Assembly: GCA_034003745.1 (NCBI GenBank)
Contig: JAVEYA010000001.1
Span: 43-64,042, forward strand
DNA: 64,000 bases
DNA from: Clostridia bacterium
GTDB lineage: Bacteria > Bacillota > Peptococcia > DRI-13 > PHAD01
Direction of reading: 5' to 3'
Positions 45,480-56,327 of the stretch are shown here, piece by piece; the stretch's first letter is position 1; each line of letters starts with the position of its first letter. Below the pieces are notes generated by a model. It was given only the letters and a program-made list of their open reading frames with translations. It ran no database searches and was not told the DNA's origin. The translations under genes were made by a program, and so were the position numbers.

Positions 45480-45701
45480 CTAGACCATAATGGCATTGGC
45501 CAAATCTTCATCGATACTGTATCTGGCGTCTTTAATGTTGATAATATAGTTTGAAGCCAGTTTAGAAATAATCGTCACTTTTTCACCCGGATAACACCCC
45601 AAAGTAAACAAGAACTCCCGTAAATCTTCCTGTGACGTATTAATACAATTTACCGTATAAGGGGTATTGATTTTTCCTTTTGACAACGCCATCATGAGCA
45701 C
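45480..45701 (-). CDS. feoA: FeoA family protein
   Basis: 73 aa, SH3-like. The segment GCYPGEKVTIISKLASNYIINIKDARYSIDEDLANAI fits FeoA. Confidence 0.85.
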   Translation of the reverse strand: MLMMALSKGKINTPYTVNCINTSQEDLREFLFTLGCYPGEKVTIISKLASNYIINIKDARYSIDEDLANAIMV

Positions 45702-45775
45702 CTCCTCCTGGTTGAATATCCTTTATGTACTTATTGTGGAAGCGTTCACAGTAATGTTAGTTAAACCTAACTTCC

Positions 45776-45790
45776 TAATAATAATTTATA
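45776..45790 (-). promoter_or_regulatory. Candidate Fur box overlapping the feoA promoter -10 region
   Basis: On the minus strand: TTGACA, about 16 nt, then TATAAATTATTATTA. The 15-mer matches the 7-1-7 Fur consensus TGATAATNATTATCA at roughly 10 of 14 specified positions. Confidence 0.35.
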
Positions 45791-45857
45791 CCCGTTTGCC
45801 GAAATTGTCAATAGCCTCTAAGGAAAAATATAGACGCGCACTTATCGAGAGGCTGTT

Positions 45858-45890
45858 AAAAACCCGCCCGGGTAATCCGGACGGGTTTTT
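45858..45890. terminator. Terminator after yqeY (bidirectional in form)
   Basis: AAAAACCCG cCCGG gtaat CCGG a CGGGTTTTT, directly abutting the yqeY stop (45894). Confidence 0.8.
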
Positions 45891-45893
45891 GCA

Positions 45894-46352
45894 TCAGAGC
45901 TGGCCGCTTAAGGCCCTTTTCACAATTTCATTGACAAGCTTGCCATCGGCTCTGCCTTTGGTCTCCGGCATTACTTTGCTCATCACGTTCCCCATCTCCT
46001 GGGGCGTCTGCGCGCCGGTTTCCTGCAGCGCCTTTTTGACAATGACGATGATTTCTTCCTCCGTCAACTGCCGGGGCAAATAGCCCATCAGGACCTCTAT
46101 TTCTTCTTTGAGGGTTTCGACCGCTTCGGCCCGGCCGGCTTTCTCAAACTCAAGGAGAGATTCCCGGCGCAGCTTCGCCTCTTTGGTGAGAACCTGCGTT
46201 ACTTCCTCATCGTTCAGTTCCCGACCTTTGTCAATCTCTTGATTCTTCACGGCCGCGCGTACCATCCGGATGACGGAGAGCCTGAGTTTGCCGGCTTCCT
46301 TAGCCTTCATGGCTTCTTTCATATCCTCTGTCAGCCTGTCTTTTAGACTCAT
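45894..46352 (-). CDS. yqeY: GatB/YqeY domain protein
   Basis: MSLKDRLTEDMKEAMKAKEAGKLRLSVIRMVRAAVKNQEID..., 152 aa. Confidence 0.9.
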   Translation of the reverse strand: MSLKDRLTEDMKEAMKAKEAGKLRLSVIRMVRAAVKNQEIDKGRELNDEEVTQVLTKEAKLRRESLLEFEKAGRAEAVETLKEEIEVLMGYLPRQLTEEEIIVIVKKALQETGAQTPQEMGNVMSKVMPETKGRADGKLVNEIVKRALSGQL

Positions 46353-46374
46353 AACAGAGACCCCCTATTTTACC

Positions 46375-46551
46375 CTATTTATATTTACGCTTTCTCGCGG
46401 CTTCGGACTTTTTCTTCCTTTTTACACTTGGCTTTTCATAATGCTCACGTTTTCTTACTTCTGAAAGAACTCCGGCCTTTTGGCACGTCCGTTTAAAACG
46501 ACGAAGCGCGCTGTCCAGAGATTCGTTTTTACCCACTTTAACTTCGCTCAT
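46375..46551 (-). CDS. rpsU: 30S ribosomal protein S21
   Basis: [59 protein letters not shown] chose the internal ATG at 46551. Confidence 0.95.
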   Translation of the reverse strand: MSEVKVGKNESLDSALRRFKRTCQKAGVLSEVRKREHYEKPSVKRKKKSEAARKRKYK

Positions 46552-46662
46552 ACATTTCCCTCCCTCCACTATGACCATCCTGGGACTTGAGCTTAAAAAT
46601 GCACATTCTTTATTATAATCCAACAATGTAAGAGGGTCAAGGAATTTAAGACTGTAAAATCC

Positions 46663-47004
46663 TCAACCGGGCGGCCAGGTCATATTCCTCTGTCCGAGCA
46701 AATGAAAGTGCAGATGATCGACGGTTTGGCCGCCTTCTTCTCCGCAATTGATCACCACGCGATAGCCTTCCTGTAAACCAAGTTTTTGCGCCAAATCACG
46801 GATCACGCCCAAAATATGGCCGGCCAGGGCCAACTGGTCATCCTGCAATTGCGCCAAACTGCTGATATGGGCTTTCGGCATCACCAGCACGTGTACCGGC
46901 GCGGCGGGGCTGATATCATGAATCGCCAGCACCTGTTCATCCTCATAGGCCTTTTTGCCGGGGATGGTTCCGTCAATAATTTTGCAAAAAATACACTCCG
47001 ACAT
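46663..47004 (-). CDS. HIT-family (histidine triad) protein
   Basis: MSECIFCKII... and the HLHFHLLG triad. The ATG at 47004 follows AAGGAGGTG. Confidence 0.92.
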   Translation of the reverse strand: MSECIFCKIIDGTIPGKKAYEDEQVLAIHDISPAAPVHVLVMPKAHISSLAQLQDDQLALAGHILGVIRDLAQKLGLQEGYRVVINCGEEGGQTVDHLHFHLLGQRNMTWPPG

Positions 47005-47017
47005 CTCTACCACCTCC

Positions 47018-48325
47018 TTACTGTATGACAATGCCGGTCAGTCCGGGGGCTGTTTCCTGTAGTCTGACCCGGACAATTTCTCCTTTGGCAATAGTATTGC
47101 CGTCAAAATACACTTGCAGATAATTTTCGCTATGCCCTTCCCAGATTCCTGCATGATCTTGCTGTTCAGCCAGGACCTGCAGAATTTTTCCGTGAAAGCG
47201 CTTTGCGTACTGCGCTTCTATCTTATCGGCCAAAAGCCTTGCTTGACGGCTGCGCTCTTCCTTGACCCCGGCCGGCACTTGATGGGGAAAAGTGGCTGCG
47301 GGCGTGCCGCGGCGGGGGGAATATTTAAAAATATGCATACGGCTGAAAGCCATTTCCTCTATAAATTCCAGCGTCGCCGCAAAATGCTGTTCCGTCTCGC
47401 CAGGAAAACCTACTATCAGGTCGGTGGTAAGGGCAATATCGGGCAAAGCGGCCCTGGCCTTTTCCGCCGCTTGACGGTAATCCCCCGTCGTATAGGGACG
47501 GTTCATCGCCCGCAGGATTTCATCATGTCCGCTCTGCAGCGGCAGATGCAGGTGCGGGCAGAAATTATCATACTCCTGCATTTGCCTTAAGATCCCTGCG
47601 CTTAATTCCAGCGGTTCCAGCGAGCTCAAGCGCCAGCGTGTGTCTTTGGAGAGCGGCAAAAGCTGCGCCAGGAGCTTCTCCAGCGTTAGACCATCGCCCC
47701 TGTCCCGTCCGTACAGGCCCAGATGGATACCGGTTAGCACAATCTCCCGGCAGCCGGCGTCAATCAGCCGTCCGGCTTCATTCAGCGCGCTGTCCGGCGT
47801 TCTGCTCTTCAAGTGCCCGCGCGCATACGGGATAATACAATAAGCGCAATACTGCTCACAGCCGTCCTGAACCTTCAGATAAGCCCGCGCCCGTTCGGTG
47901 AGCGTATCGGAAGCGATCTCCGCAAAGGTATCTTCCTCCGGCAACGTTTCCGGCAACAAGCCCGGACGTGCTTCTTCCACCAATTCGACAATTCTTTTCT
48001 TACCGGGATTGCCGACTACCAAATGTACGCCCTCAATCTTTTCCACTTCCTGTGGAGCCACTTGGGCATAGCAGCCGGTCACCGCGATCAAAGCGTCGGG
48101 ATTCAATTTATGACAGCGGCGGATGAGCTGGCGGGATTTACGGTCGGCCAGATGCGTCACCGTGCAGGTATTCAAAACATAAATATCCGCTTCCTGGGTG
48201 AACTCAACCACTTCATAGCCCGCGGCGGCAAACAATGCGGCCATAGCCGCGGTTTCATTCTGATTTACTTTGCAGCCCAGGGTAGCCAGAGCTGCCCGCC
48301 TGCGCGTCGCCTGGCTCATCCCCAA
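47018..48325 (-). CDS. mtaB: tRNA threonylcarbamoyladenosine methylthiotransferase MtaB (YqeV)
   Basis: UPF0004 N-domain (LGCKVNQNE), radical-SAM motif CEQYCAYC, and a TRAM C-terminus. Confidence 0.9.
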   Translation of the reverse strand: MGMSQATRRRAALATLGCKVNQNETAAMAALFAAAGYEVVEFTQEADIYVLNTCTVTHLADRKSRQLIRRCHKLNPDALIAVTGCYAQVAPQEVEKIEGVHLVVGNPGKKRIVELVEEARPGLLPETLPEEDTFAEIASDTLTERARAYLKVQDGCEQYCAYCIIPYARGHLKSRTPDSALNEAGRLIDAGCREIVLTGIHLGLYGRDRGDGLTLEKLLAQLLPLSKDTRWRLSSLEPLELSAGILRQMQEYDNFCPHLHLPLQSGHDEILRAMNRPYTTGDYRQAAEKARAALPDIALTTDLIVGFPGETEQHFAATLEFIEEMAFSRMHIFKYSPRRGTPAATFPHQVPAGVKEERSRQARLLADKIEAQYAKRFHGKILQVLAEQQDHAGIWEGHSENYLQVYFDGNTIAKGEIVRVRLQETAPGLTGIVIQ

Positions 48326-49065
48326 TCACCCCATTGGTACATCAACGCTGCCGTCAGCGCCAGACCGGCCGTTTCCGTCCGCAGGATACGGGGACCGAGG
48401 GTAACCAGGCGGGCGCCGTTTTGCACCAGGAGGTCCGCCTCTTCCGTGCTCAATCCGCCTTCAGGGCCAATCAAGAGATAGACCGGGATTTTTCTAATCT
48501 CCTCCTGCGTAAATTGCTGAGCCAGCGCTTTCAATGGCTCCCCGCCTCCCTCCCAGGCTGCCAGGAGCATTTTCTCGGCCGGCAGATTTTGCAGGAATTC
48601 TGAAAGGCCGCAGCTCTCCGCTACTGTGGGAAGCCAGGAGCGTCCGCTCTGTTTGGCGGCCTCTGCAGCTATTTTCTGCCAGCGTTCCTGTTTGCCTGCT
48701 TTCTTTCCGCTATCCAGACGCACCACGGTCCGCCGGGTCTCCACCGGGATGATTCCCCAGACGCCCAGCTCCACCGCCTTTTGAATGATCAGGTCCATCT
48801 TTTCGCCTTTGGCGATACCCTGCGCCAGCCATAGTTCCAGCGGACTTTCTTTATTGATCAGGCTGCAGGCGCTCAAAGCTACCTCAGCCTGGTTCTTCCC
48901 GATTACAGTAATGACTCCTGCGGCTTCCCGCCCTTGACCGTCAAAAACAAGAACAGGGTCTCCGCTTTTCAGTCGTAACACCCTGGTTAAATGCTGTCCT
49001 TCTTCTCCCGTAATGATGGCCAGGCCATTTTCTATTCCCTGCGGGTCCACTATAAAACGATGCAC
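48316..49065 (-). CDS. rsmE: 16S rRNA (uracil1498-N3)-methyltransferase RsmE
   Basis: VHRFIVDPQGIENGLAIITGEEGQHLTRVLRLKSGD... and LLIGPEGGLS. GTG start at 49065 after AAGGGG; the track start at 49272 would run through prmA. Confidence 0.9.
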   Translation of the reverse strand: MHRFIVDPQGIENGLAIITGEEGQHLTRVLRLKSGDPVLVFDGQGREAAGVITVIGKNQAEVALSACSLINKESPLELWLAQGIAKGEKMDLIIQKAVELGVWGIIPVETRRTVVRLDSGKKAGKQERWQKIAAEAAKQSGRSWLPTVAESCGLSEFLQNLPAEKMLLAAWEGGGEPLKALAQQFTQEEIRKIPVYLLIGPEGGLSTEEADLLVQNGARLVTLGPRILRTETAGLALTAALMYQWGDWG

Positions 49066-49078
49066 CCATCTTACCCCT

Positions 49079-49957
49079 TTATGCGTTAATTCGGAAAGCC
49101 AGCGCCGCCCATTCTTCCTCTCCGCGCTCTTCCAGAAGGGAAAAACCGGCTTTTGCGGCAGCAGCGATAATTTCATCTTTGCGCTCGGCGATAATGCCGG
49201 AAGCAATGAAGACGCCTTGGGGCGCCAGACAAATTTTAACCTGAGGCAGGAGCGCCAGGATGACGTCGGCAATAATATTGGCTACGATCACATCAGCCTG
49301 CTCCGTAACCCCTTGGAGCAAATCATGCTGTTCGGCTTTCACCGTCTCCGCCAGCGCGTTCAACGTGATATTCTCCCGGGCCACCCGGACAGCCACCGGG
49401 TCATCATCCACAGCCCAGACCACACGCGCGCCCAGACGGGCGGCGCACATAGCCAGGATCCCCGTGCCCGTGCCCACATCAAAAACCTGCGCACCGGGCT
49501 GAATATATTTCTCCAAAAGCCGGATACACAGGCTGGTTGAAGCGTGGCTGCCCGTGCCAAAAGCCATGCCGGGGTCAATATCCAGAACGATTTCGCCTTC
49601 CTGGGGCTGATACGGCTCCCAAGTCGGACGGACGACAATTCTTTCGCCGATCTTTAACGGCTTAAAATATTTCTTCCAAGCGTTGGCCCAATCCTCTTCA
49701 TTCATCACCAGACGGCCGATTTCATACGGTTTCTTGTTCAGGCGCCGGGCTATCTGGGCCAGCTCTTCCTGCAGTTCATCGAGCTTGCCGGATAAATGCT
49801 CATCCACCGGCAAATAGCCCTTTACCAGGGCATAGGGCAGCTTATGCGTGTCCTGGTCCTCGACCACAACGCCGCCCGCGCCAAGCTGATGAAATACCGA
49901 GGCAATAGCTTCCACCGCCTCATTTCCTGTCTTGATGGTGATTTCCTGCCACTCCAT
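49079..49957 (-). CDS. prmA: Ribosomal protein L11 methyltransferase
   Basis: MEWQEITIKT..., SAM motif VFDVGTGTGILA. Confidence 0.93.
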   Translation of the reverse strand: MEWQEITIKTGNEAVEAIASVFHQLGAGGVVVEDQDTHKLPYALVKGYLPVDEHLSGKLDELQEELAQIARRLNKKPYEIGRLVMNEEDWANAWKKYFKPLKIGERIVVRPTWEPYQPQEGEIVLDIDPGMAFGTGSHASTSLCIRLLEKYIQPGAQVFDVGTGTGILAMCAARLGARVVWAVDDDPVAVRVARENITLNALAETVKAEQHDLLQGVTEQADVIVANIIADVILALLPQVKICLAPQGVFIASGIIAERKDEIIAAAAKAGFSLLEERGEEEWAALAFRINA

Positions 49958-49968
49958 CCAACTTCTCC

Positions 49969-51108
49969 TTACCCTTTGATACTATCCCAGATTTTTTCAA
50001 AAAAACCTTTGTCCCGGTCCTTTTCGAAAGGCTTATAATTCCCTTTATTGCTAAGGCTGCTGAATTGCTCCAAAAGCTTTTTCTGCTCCTCGTTCAATTT
50101 GGTCGGCGTGGCGATAATTACCCGGATATGCTGGTCCCCCCGGCCGCCGCCGCGCAAATGCGGAATGCCCTGTCCCTTCAGGCGGAAGGTGGTATGGGTC
50201 TGGGTACCTTCGGGAACCTTCAGGTCGGCTTTCCCTTCCAGCGTCGGCACCTTGATGGTATCCCCCAGAGCCGCCTGCACAAAGGTGATCGGCATCTCCA
50301 TAAAAATATCGTCATCCTGGCGTTTAAAAATCTTATGGGGCTTTACTTGAATATATACGTAGAGGTCGCCGCGGGGTCCGCCTTTGGAGCCCGGTTCCCC
50401 TTCCCCGCCGAGACGGATGCGCGAACCGGAATCCACCCCTGCCGGAATCTTGATATGCAGGCTGCGGTTCTTCCTGACTTTACCCCGGCCGCGGCATTCC
50501 GGACAAGGATTTTTGATGACGGTCCCTTCACCGCCGCAGTCAGGACAGGTCCGGACCGTCTGGAAATGACCCAGCGGCGTCCGCTGGGTCGATCTGACCT
50601 GCCCGGCGCCATTGCATTTGGGGCATTTCTCCGGCTGTGTACCGGGTTTGGCTCCGCTGCCCTGGCAGGTGGGACAATTCTCCAGACTGGGAACGTCAAT
50701 GTCCTTCTCTACCCCAAAAGCGGCCTCTTCGAAACTAAGGTCGATATCCAGCCGCAAATCCGAGCCCTTTTGCGGGCCGCGGGGCTGCCGCGCGCCTGTT
50801 CCGCCGAAGAAAGCCTCAAAGATATCCTCAAACCCGCCGAAGCCCGCCGCTCCGCCAAAGCCCCCGCCGAAACCGGCGTTAGGGTCCGTGCCGGCATGGC
50901 CGAACTGGTCGTAGCGGCCCCGTTTTTCCGAGTCGCTTAGAACTTCGTAGGCTTCATTTACTTCCTTGAACTTCTCCTCCGCTGACTTATCTCCCGGGTT
51001 CACGTCCGGGTGATACTGACGGGCCAATTTGCGGAATGCTTTTTTTATCTCTGTCTCTGAGGCATTTTTTTCAACGCCCAATACCTCGTAATAGTCCCTT
51101 TTAGCCAC
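49969..51108 (-). CDS. dnaJ: Chaperone DnaJ
   Basis: J-domain with HPD (YHPDVNPGD), a G/F region and four CxxCxGxG zinc motifs. Confidence 0.97.
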   Translation of the reverse strand: MAKRDYYEVLGVEKNASETEIKKAFRKLARQYHPDVNPGDKSAEEKFKEVNEAYEVLSDSEKRGRYDQFGHAGTDPNAGFGGGFGGAAGFGGFEDIFEAFFGGTGARQPRGPQKGSDLRLDIDLSFEEAAFGVEKDIDVPSLENCPTCQGSGAKPGTQPEKCPKCNGAGQVRSTQRTPLGHFQTVRTCPDCGGEGTVIKNPCPECRGRGKVRKNRSLHIKIPAGVDSGSRIRLGGEGEPGSKGGPRGDLYVYIQVKPHKIFKRQDDDIFMEMPITFVQAALGDTIKVPTLEGKADLKVPEGTQTHTTFRLKGQGIPHLRGGGRGDQHIRVIIATPTKLNEEQKKLLEQFSSLSNKGNYKPFEKDRDKGFFEKIWDSIKG

Positions 51109-51162
51109 GTATCACACCTCTAATAATAGCATTAGTAAGGGCTGGTTCCCTCGCCATATACT

Positions 51163-51240
51163 GTCATTCTGAGACGATATCGCTGTCGAAGAATCTTTTT
51201 GCAGTAACTCATTAAGATTCTTCGTTGCACTCAGAATGAC
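51163..51240. repeat. 78-bp nested inverted repeat in the dnaK-dnaJ intergenic spacer
   Basis: The outer arms GTCATTCTGAG (51163-51173) / CTCAGAATGAC (51230-51240) and the inner arms CGAAGAATCTT (51187-51197) / AAGATTCTTCG (51214-51224) are each perfect 11-mers. Confidence 0.9.
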
Positions 51241-51250
51241 AATAGGGAGC

Positions 51251-53077
51251 CTATTTCTCGTCATTAACCTCGTAATCGGCATCCACCACATTATCATCCT
51301 GCTGCGGGGCGTCCTGCTGCTGCCCGGCCTCCGCTCCCGCGGCGCCGGCCTGCTGATACATTTTAGAGGTCAGCGCATGCAGTTCCGTCTGCAGGGTCTC
51401 GGTCTTCTGCCGGATGTTTTCCGAATCGCCCGCCGATACGGCAGCCTGCAAATCTTCCTTCGCCCGGTTGATTTTATCGGTTTCTTCAGCAGAGGCTTTG
51501 TCCCCGGCTTCTTTTAAAATCTTTTCCGTCTGGTAAATAAGGTTGTCGGCCTGGTTTTTGACCTCCGCCTCTTCTTTTTTCTGCTTATCGTCCGAGGCAT
51601 GCTGTTCCGCTTCCTTGACCATGCGCTCGATTTCATCCTTCGCCAGATTGGTGGAGGCGGTAATCGTAATGTTCTGCTGCTTGCCCGTGCCCAAATCCTT
51701 GGCCGAGACTTCGAAAATACCGTTGGCGTCGATATCGAACTTCACTTCGATTTGCGGAATGCCGCGCGGCGCGGGGGGAATCCCGGTCAGCTGGAATTTG
51801 CCCAAGGTCTTGTTATAGGCGGCCATTTCCCGTTCTCCCTGCAGCACGTGAATCTCCACCGTGGTCTGGTTATCCCCGGCGGTGGAGAAAATCTGGCTCT
51901 TGGAAGTGGGAATGGTCGTATTTCTTTCAATCAGCCTGGTAAATACGCCGCCTAAAGTTTCAATCCCCAAAGAAAGCGGCGTCACATCCAACAAGAGGAC
52001 GTCTTTTACTTCGCCGGCCAGCACGCCGGCCTGAATGGCAGCCCCAACGGCAACGCACTCGTCCGGGTTGATGCCCTTGAAGGGTTCTTTGCCGATAATT
52101 TTCTTGATGGCTTCCTGTACCGCCGGGGTGCGGGTCGAACCGCCCACCAGGAGAACCTTATTGATTTTGGACGGGTCCAATCCGGCGTCTTTTAAGGCTT
52201 GGCGCGTAGGTCCCACCGTCGCCTCCACCAGGTCGGCCGTCAATTCGTCGAATTTGGCGCGGGTCAGGTTGAGGTCCAAATGCAGCGGGCCTTCCGCCGT
52301 CGCCGTAATAAAAGGCAGATTGATATTGGATGTAACCACCGAAGACAGCTCGTGCTTAGCCTTCTCCGCCGCTTCCCGCAGTCTTTGCAGGGCCATTTTA
52401 TCATTCTTTAGATCCACACCCGAGGACTTCTTAAATTCCTCATTCATCCAGTTGACGACCCGCTCGTCGAAATCGTCCCCGCCTAAATTATTATTACCGC
52501 TGGTGGCCTTGACTTCGAAGACCCCGTCGCCTAACTCCAGAATGGAGACGTCGAAAGTGCCGCCGCCTAAGTCAAAAACCAGAATCGTCTGGTCCTCTTC
52601 CTTATCAATCCCATAAGCCAGCGCGGCTGCCGTGGGCTCGTTGATAATGCGCAGGACCTCCAGGCCGGCGATTTTTCCGGCGTCTTTGGTAGCCTGGCGC
52701 TGGGAATCGTTAAAATAAGCCGGGACAGTGATAACGGCCTGGGTCACTTTTTCCCCCAGGTAGCTTTCCGCATCCGCTTTCAGCTTTTGCAGAATCATTG
52801 CGGAAATCTCCTGCGGCGTATAGTGCTTATCGTCAATTTTCACCTTATAATCGCTGCCCATTTTTCTTTTGATGGATTGCACGGTGCGCTCCGAGTTGGT
52901 CACGGCCTGACGTTTGGCTACCTGACCCACCAGCCTTTCGCCGGTCTTGGAAAAGGCCACAACCGAGGGCGTTGTCCTGTTGCCTTCCGAATTGGCGATG
53001 ACCACCGGCTCACCGCCTTCAATCACTGCCACGCATGAATTTGTCGTACCCAAATCTATTCCAATTACTTTCGCCAT
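51251..53077 (-). CDS. dnaK: Chaperone DnaK (Hsp70)
   Basis: [18 protein letters not shown]..., 608 aa. Confidence 0.98.
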   Translation of the reverse strand: MAKVIGIDLGTTNSCVAVIEGGEPVVIANSEGNRTTPSVVAFSKTGERLVGQVAKRQAVTNSERTVQSIKRKMGSDYKVKIDDKHYTPQEISAMILQKLKADAESYLGEKVTQAVITVPAYFNDSQRQATKDAGKIAGLEVLRIINEPTAAALAYGIDKEEDQTILVFDLGGGTFDVSILELGDGVFEVKATSGNNNLGGDDFDERVVNWMNEEFKKSSGVDLKNDKMALQRLREAAEKAKHELSSVVTSNINLPFITATAEGPLHLDLNLTRAKFDELTADLVEATVGPTRQALKDAGLDPSKINKVLLVGGSTRTPAVQEAIKKIIGKEPFKGINPDECVAVGAAIQAGVLAGEVKDVLLLDVTPLSLGIETLGGVFTRLIERNTTIPTSKSQIFSTAGDNQTTVEIHVLQGEREMAAYNKTLGKFQLTGIPPAPRGIPQIEVKFDIDANGIFEVSAKDLGTGKQQNITITASTNLAKDEIERMVKEAEQHASDDKQKKEEAEVKNQADNLIYQTEKILKEAGDKASAEETDKINRAKEDLQAAVSAGDSENIRQKTETLQTELHALTSKMYQQAGAAGAEAGQQQDAPQQDDNVVDADYEVNDEK

Positions 53078-53129
53078 TTAACGTTCCCTCCTAAATCAGT
53101 AATTTTCCTTACTTATGTTCATTTCTTGT

Positions 53130-53708
53130 TTACTTCTTGGCGACTTTGACCATAGCCGCCCGGAGCAATTTATCCCTGAAAAGATAGCCTTTGCGCAGCA
53201 CGCCCGTAATCTCGTTATCCGCTTCCCCGTATTGGGCCGGCTCACTCATTACCGCCTCGTGCAGCGTGGGGTCAAAACTCTTGCCCAGGTCTTCTACACT
53301 GCTTAAGCCCTCGTTTTGCAGCACATCCAGCAATTGCCGCTGTATCATGACCACGCCGGAGAAAATCCCCTTGACTTCTTCCCCTTGATTCTGCACATTC
53401 TCCAAAGCCCGCTCCAGATTATCGAGCACCGGCAGAAGCTTCTCCATTAAATTCATGGCCCCATAGCGGGTCCAGTCTTCTTTTTCCCGCTGGATCCGTT
53501 TTCTGTAATTATCAAAATCAGCCATCAGCCGGACAACCCTATCGTTGGCTTCCTTCAATTGCATGTCCTTGGAATCTCCCTGCGGTTTTTCCGGAGGCGC
53601 GTCGTCCAATCCGGCTTCATCCAATATTTTATCAACGATTTCGTCCATTTCTTCCGGCGTAGTTTCGCGGATATCCTCCCGTTCTACATGATGTTTCTTT
53701 GCATTCAT
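53130..53708 (-). CDS. grpE: Nucleotide exchange factor GrpE
   Basis: RLMADFDNYRKRIQRE ... GYLFRDKLLRAAMVKV. Confidence 0.95.
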   Translation of the reverse strand: MNAKKHHVEREDIRETTPEEMDEIVDKILDEAGLDDAPPEKPQGDSKDMQLKEANDRVVRLMADFDNYRKRIQREKEDWTRYGAMNLMEKLLPVLDNLERALENVQNQGEEVKGIFSGVVMIQRQLLDVLQNEGLSSVEDLGKSFDPTLHEAVMSEPAQYGEADNEITGVLRKGYLFRDKLLRAAMVKVAKK

Positions 53709-53720
53709 TTTATCACCACC

Positions 53721-55286
53721 CTAATATAAATCTGTGTGTTCTTGTAATGCTTTGGTTTCTTTCTTCTTGATAATCGTATCAATGCGCAGGATCGCTTCGG
53801 CGACCTCGCCGGCTGCCTTCAGCGCATATTTTTTGACCAAGGCCGGGTCATAGACGCCCAGCTCCGTCAAATCCCGGATTTCTCCACTGTCGGAATCGAT
53901 CCCCAGGGAGTCCTTACCGCTTTCTACCTGCGCGGCGGAGACGTCACCCAGCTTTTCCAGCGGATTGAAGCCTGCATTTAAAACTATTTGCGAAAAGGGC
54001 GCTTTTAATGCGGCAATGACACAATCCAAACCATAGGCCGCCATCCCTTTGGCTTCCCTTCTTAAAGACTCTATCTCGCGGGCTACGGCCAATTCCACCG
54101 TGCCGCCGCCGGGGATAATTCCTCCCCGCACTGCCGCCTGTACCGCCGAGGCCGCATCTTTGGCAATTCTTTCCCGTTCCCCGGCGACTTCCTCGGTAGA
54201 GGCCCCCACCAGGATGGTCGCCTGGGCTTTCGCACTTCCGCCGATAATGCGGACATGCTCCAGCTTTTCATCGAAGACAGCCTCTTGGGCTTGACCAAAA
54301 TACTTTTCCAGCTCCGCCGGCGCCTTCTTTAAGGCGGACTTTTTAAGAAGCTTGGCGCCGCAGTGCTCCGCCGCCCGGCGCAGTTCCTTGTTCATCACCC
54401 GGGACAAGACCATAACCCCGGCGTCGGTCAGAATCTCTTCAGCCCGGTCGTGAACGCCTCGGTCCGCCAGGACAAGGTTCATCCCTAATTGCGCGATTTT
54501 TTGGATGTTCTCCTTAAATTCTTCCTGCAGCAGGATGTACCGGTTGAAACCGGATTCAGTAGTCAGCGCTTCTTCTTCAATTTCTTCCGGCTCCAGCGCG
54601 TCGTCTATAATCAAGAGTTTAACCGGGGTAAGCTGTTTGGGCATTTCCGCATTCAGAGGCTCCTTGCCGATAATTACGCCGGATATCACCTCATTAACTG
54701 CGCCAACTTCAGCCTGCACCAGCTCAGAGAGCTTAAACGTTACTTCTTTTAATTTCTCCGGGCCAATCAACCGGGCTGCTTCAATCACCAATTGGGCAAT
54801 ATCCGTATGGCCCCGCCCTGCTACCAACGCCACATCCCATAAGGCCGGATCATTCAGATCGGAGATTTCCCGCTTCTTTTCATCCAGGACTTGCAGGGCC
54901 TTAGCAACGCCGGTACGCATTCCTTCAATTACTTTTATTACAGGGACGCCTTTTAAAACCTGCGCTACCCCTTCACTGATCAGATGCCCCGCCATAATTG
55001 TCGCCGTGGTCGTACCGTCGCCGATTTCCGCCTGCTGGGCTTTAGCGATATTAATCAGCATACGCGCGGCCGGATGATTCACATCCATCAGCTCCAGAAT
55101 CGTCACGCCGTCATTGGTGATGACCACGTTCCCGAACTGGTCGACCAGCATGGTATCCAGACCTTTGGGGCCCAAAGTGCCTTCCACGGCCTGGTTGACC
55201 GCCCGGATCGCATTGGCGTTGGTCATTAAAGCCGCCAACTTTTCATCCACTTCGGAATTTGGCGCGGCCTGTTGTTTAACATTCAC
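53721..55286 (-). CDS. Thermosome-like (group II-type, TCP-1/cpn60 family) chaperonin encoded inside the hrcA-dnaK operon
   Basis: [65 protein letters not shown] is the thermosome/CCT signature; GroEL would read GPKGRNVVL. 521 aa. The GTG start overlaps the hrcA stop (GTGA at 55283-55286). Confidence 0.9.
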   Translation of the reverse strand: MNVKQQAAPNSEVDEKLAALMTNANAIRAVNQAVEGTLGPKGLDTMLVDQFGNVVITNDGVTILELMDVNHPAARMLINIAKAQQAEIGDGTTTATIMAGHLISEGVAQVLKGVPVIKVIEGMRTGVAKALQVLDEKKREISDLNDPALWDVALVAGRGHTDIAQLVIEAARLIGPEKLKEVTFKLSELVQAEVGAVNEVISGVIIGKEPLNAEMPKQLTPVKLLIIDDALEPEEIEEEALTTESGFNRYILLQEEFKENIQKIAQLGMNLVLADRGVHDRAEEILTDAGVMVLSRVMNKELRRAAEHCGAKLLKKSALKKAPAELEKYFGQAQEAVFDEKLEHVRIIGGSAKAQATILVGASTEEVAGERERIAKDAASAVQAAVRGGIIPGGGTVELAVAREIESLRREAKGMAAYGLDCVIAALKAPFSQIVLNAGFNPLEKLGDVSAAQVESGKDSLGIDSDSGEIRDLTELGVYDPALVKKYALKAAGEVAEAILRIDTIIKKKETKALQEHTDLY

Positions 55287-56308
55287 AGCTTATTCATTCC
55301 TTCCTTTAAGGTAGCTGTTAAAAATTCCACAATGCCGACGGCTTTGGAATATTCCATTCGGGTGGGACCCAGGAGGCCCAGCGTCCCAATCAATTTGCCG
55401 TTCAGATGATACGTTGCCGTAATCAGGCTGCAATCTTTCATGACCTCATACCTGTTTTCGGAACCTATTTTGATAATTACGCCATTTTCTTTATCCGGCG
55501 ACAGCACCTCTTTTAAGGCATTTTTCTCCTCCAGAAGTTCCAAGAGGGACCTGACCTTTTCAATTTGCTTGAATTCCGGCTGGTTCAGGATGTTCAGCGT
55601 GCCCCCCAGAAAAACTTTCTGCGCCTGTTCCAGCGCCAGCGTATCACTGATTTGTTCCATCAGATAAGACAGGAATTTCATGCGGTCGGCCAGTTTGGCG
55701 AATATCGAATTCATCAGGCCGGTCTGCCACTGTTCCAGCGAGAGACCGCGCAAATTTTCATTCAACAAAGAGGTAAACGCGGCATACTCTTCCTCCCGGA
55801 TGGATTCCGGCACCTCGATGACCCGGTGTTCCACATGGCCGTTCTCCAGGACAATCATCAGCACCGCCCGGCCGTTTTCAATCGGCAGGAGCTGAATATG
55901 CTTGAGCCGGTGTTTGGCCAGCACAGGCGATAAGATCAAGGCTGTATAGTTTGTCAACTCCGAGAGGAGTTTCCCGGTTATCTGAATCAGAGCATCCGTT
56001 TCCCGGATACGGTTTAAGAGTTCTCCGCAAATCAAATCCCTGGCCTCGTCGGCAACAGGTTCCTTCTGCATCAGGCAGTCCACATAATAGCGGTAGCCCA
56101 ACTGGGAAGGTACCCGGCCCGCTGAAGTATGGGGCTGCTCAATCAGGCCCATCTCTTCTAAGTCGGCCATTTCATTACGAACCGTCGCCGGGCTGACGCC
56201 CAGGTTGTATTTACGGGCAATCGTGCGTGAGCCCACAGGATCTGCGGTAGCAATGTAATCCAGGATGATTGCGTGTAAAATCATCCTCTTGCGTTCATCC
56301 ATCTGCAT
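55283..56308 (-). CDS. hrcA: Heat-inducible transcription repressor HrcA
   Basis: [66 protein letters not shown]. Confidence 0.96.
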   Translation of the reverse strand: MQMDERKRMILHAIILDYIATADPVGSRTIARKYNLGVSPATVRNEMADLEEMGLIEQPHTSAGRVPSQLGYRYYVDCLMQKEPVADEARDLICGELLNRIRETDALIQITGKLLSELTNYTALILSPVLAKHRLKHIQLLPIENGRAVLMIVLENGHVEHRVIEVPESIREEEYAAFTSLLNENLRGLSLEQWQTGLMNSIFAKLADRMKFLSYLMEQISDTLALEQAQKVFLGGTLNILNQPEFKQIEKVRSLLELLEEKNALKEVLSPDKENGVIIKIGSENRYEVMKDCSLITATYHLNGKLIGTLGLLGPTRMEYSKAVGIVEFLTATLKEGMNKL

Positions 56309-56327
56309 TCTGGGGCCACCTCCCTTG

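Noticed and set aside
51112-51297. 61-aa minus-strand ORF spanning the dnaK-dnaJ spacer.
   Set aside because: It is generated by the inverted repeat itself, overlaps the dnaK 3' end, and has no RBS. The repeat structure explains it better.
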